Shown here: piece after piece, positions 6,836 through 8,052 of the stretch | Layout: each line of letters starts with the position of its first letter | How positions within the stretch are numbered: position 1 is the stretch's first letter | Notes under the pieces: generated by a model | Told to the model about the DNA's origin: nothing | The model's input: the letters and a program-made list of their open reading frames with translations, nothing else | Database searches by the model: none | IMG/VR virus record: IMGVR_UViG_2713896909_000008 | Origin: a virus | Lineage: Duplodnaviria; Heunggongvirae; Uroviricota; Caudoviricetes | Length of the DNA stretch: 8,052 bases | Direction: 5' to 3' (one strand) | Translations under genes and position numbers: made by a program

Positions 6836-6842
6836 TTCCAAG
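6812..6842 (+). repeat. Three direct repeats of ATTCCAAG spanning the int stop; candidate arm-type integrase binding sites
   Basis: ATTCCAAG at 6812-6819, 6825-6832 and 6835-6842, between the int 3' end and the att core. This is the position of the P' arm sites in lambda. Confidence 0.4.
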
Positions 6843-6887
6843 TGTGATTTTTGTCACTGACTTAATGATGTGTAAGTGATTGAATTT

Positions 6888-6953
6888 TGGCGGAGAGAGG
6901 GGGATTTGAACCCCCGGTGGAGTTGCCCCCACTCCGGTTTTCGAGACCGGTCC
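6888..6953 (-). other. att core: 3'-terminal 66 nt of a tRNA-Ser(CGA) gene (anticodon arm, variable arm, T arm, acceptor 3' strand, CCA); 5' half absent
   Basis: Minus strand reads GGACCGGTCTCGAAAACCGGAGTGGGGGCAACTCCACCGGGGGTTCAAATCCCCCTCTCTCCGCCA. This matches the 3' part of E. coli serU as remembered, with a compensatory pair change in the variable arm. No GGAGAGA acceptor 5' strand or D arm is present upstream. Confidence 0.7.
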
Positions 6954-7033
6954 AATCATCAAACGAAACATAAAATTAGCTCACATTATGAGGAAAAGTA
7001 TCTTTTTTGTACTATGTAAATTCAAAGGCTTAG

Positions 7034-7903
<870 letters not shown>

Positions 7904-8052
7904 GTCTTTAAGTGATAAGCATAAACCGCAGCACGATCTTCTTGCATACGACGTGCTACGGTTTCATTTATCTCTGAAGTGGTCAACAAAAACTGGCCAC
8001 CGAGTTAGAGTTTTTCCAGTATCGATTTTCCGATTCGTTTGGGGGTAACCCA

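Larger units (their letters stand above)
1..6953. mobile_element. Lambdoid (Rac/CP-933P-like) prophage arm: immunity region, early-left operon, xis-like gene, integrase and att core
   Basis: Gene order cII-analogue / cro / cI / pL operon / exonuclease / xis-like / int / tRNA-derived att matches the lambda and Rac left-arm layout read in reverse. Integrase begins MGRRR...LPPNVYP like lambda Int. Element continues beyond position 1. Confidence 0.7.

Noticed and set aside
6771-6971. 66-aa minus-strand ORF spanning the int 3' end and the tRNA fragment
   Set aside because: It translates through tRNA-derived sequence and the int stop region; an artefact of the open frame.
7964-8052. Possible 3' end of a minus-strand gene running off the right edge
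   Set aside because: Two minus-strand frames are open to the window edge (ending ..WVTPKRIGKSILEKL at 8005 and ..FVDHFRDK at 7964). With 15-28 residues and no recognisable motif I cannot choose a frame or a product. The weak 6-bp hairpin AGCACG/CGTGCT nearby is not a convincing terminator.

Overview
The window reads as the early-left and recombination arm of a lambdoid (Rac/CP-933P-like) prophage, ending at its attachment site, followed by the edge of a second foreign segment. All protein and tRNA identifications rest on reading the translations against remembered family sequences; no database search was possible. Left to right: a partial YdaT-like (cII-position) gene and a Cro-like gene on the minus strand, a divergent cI-like repressor, and two operator/promoter regions sharing a TTAGC-N4-GCTAA motif. 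Downstream lie a small protein plus an AT-rich 212-aa unknown protein, an abutting convergent 69-aa gene, and a ~550-bp GC-rich ORF-free region with strong inverted repeats. A large gene follows, split by an assembly gap (12 C then 61 N), whose product resembles the RecE N-terminal region but ends in a zinc ribbon and a DnaQ-like DEDDh 3'-5' exonuclease domain. Then come a DUF4224-like small gene coupled to a lambda-family tyrosine integrase, three ATTCCAAG direct repeats, and a 66-nt 3' fragment of tRNA-Ser(CGA) with no 5' half. Beyond it is a GIY-YIG-like protein gene. The best candidates for something undescribed are the pL-proximal 212-aa/69-aa cargo pair with its adjacent structured region, and the apparent exonuclease domain swap.
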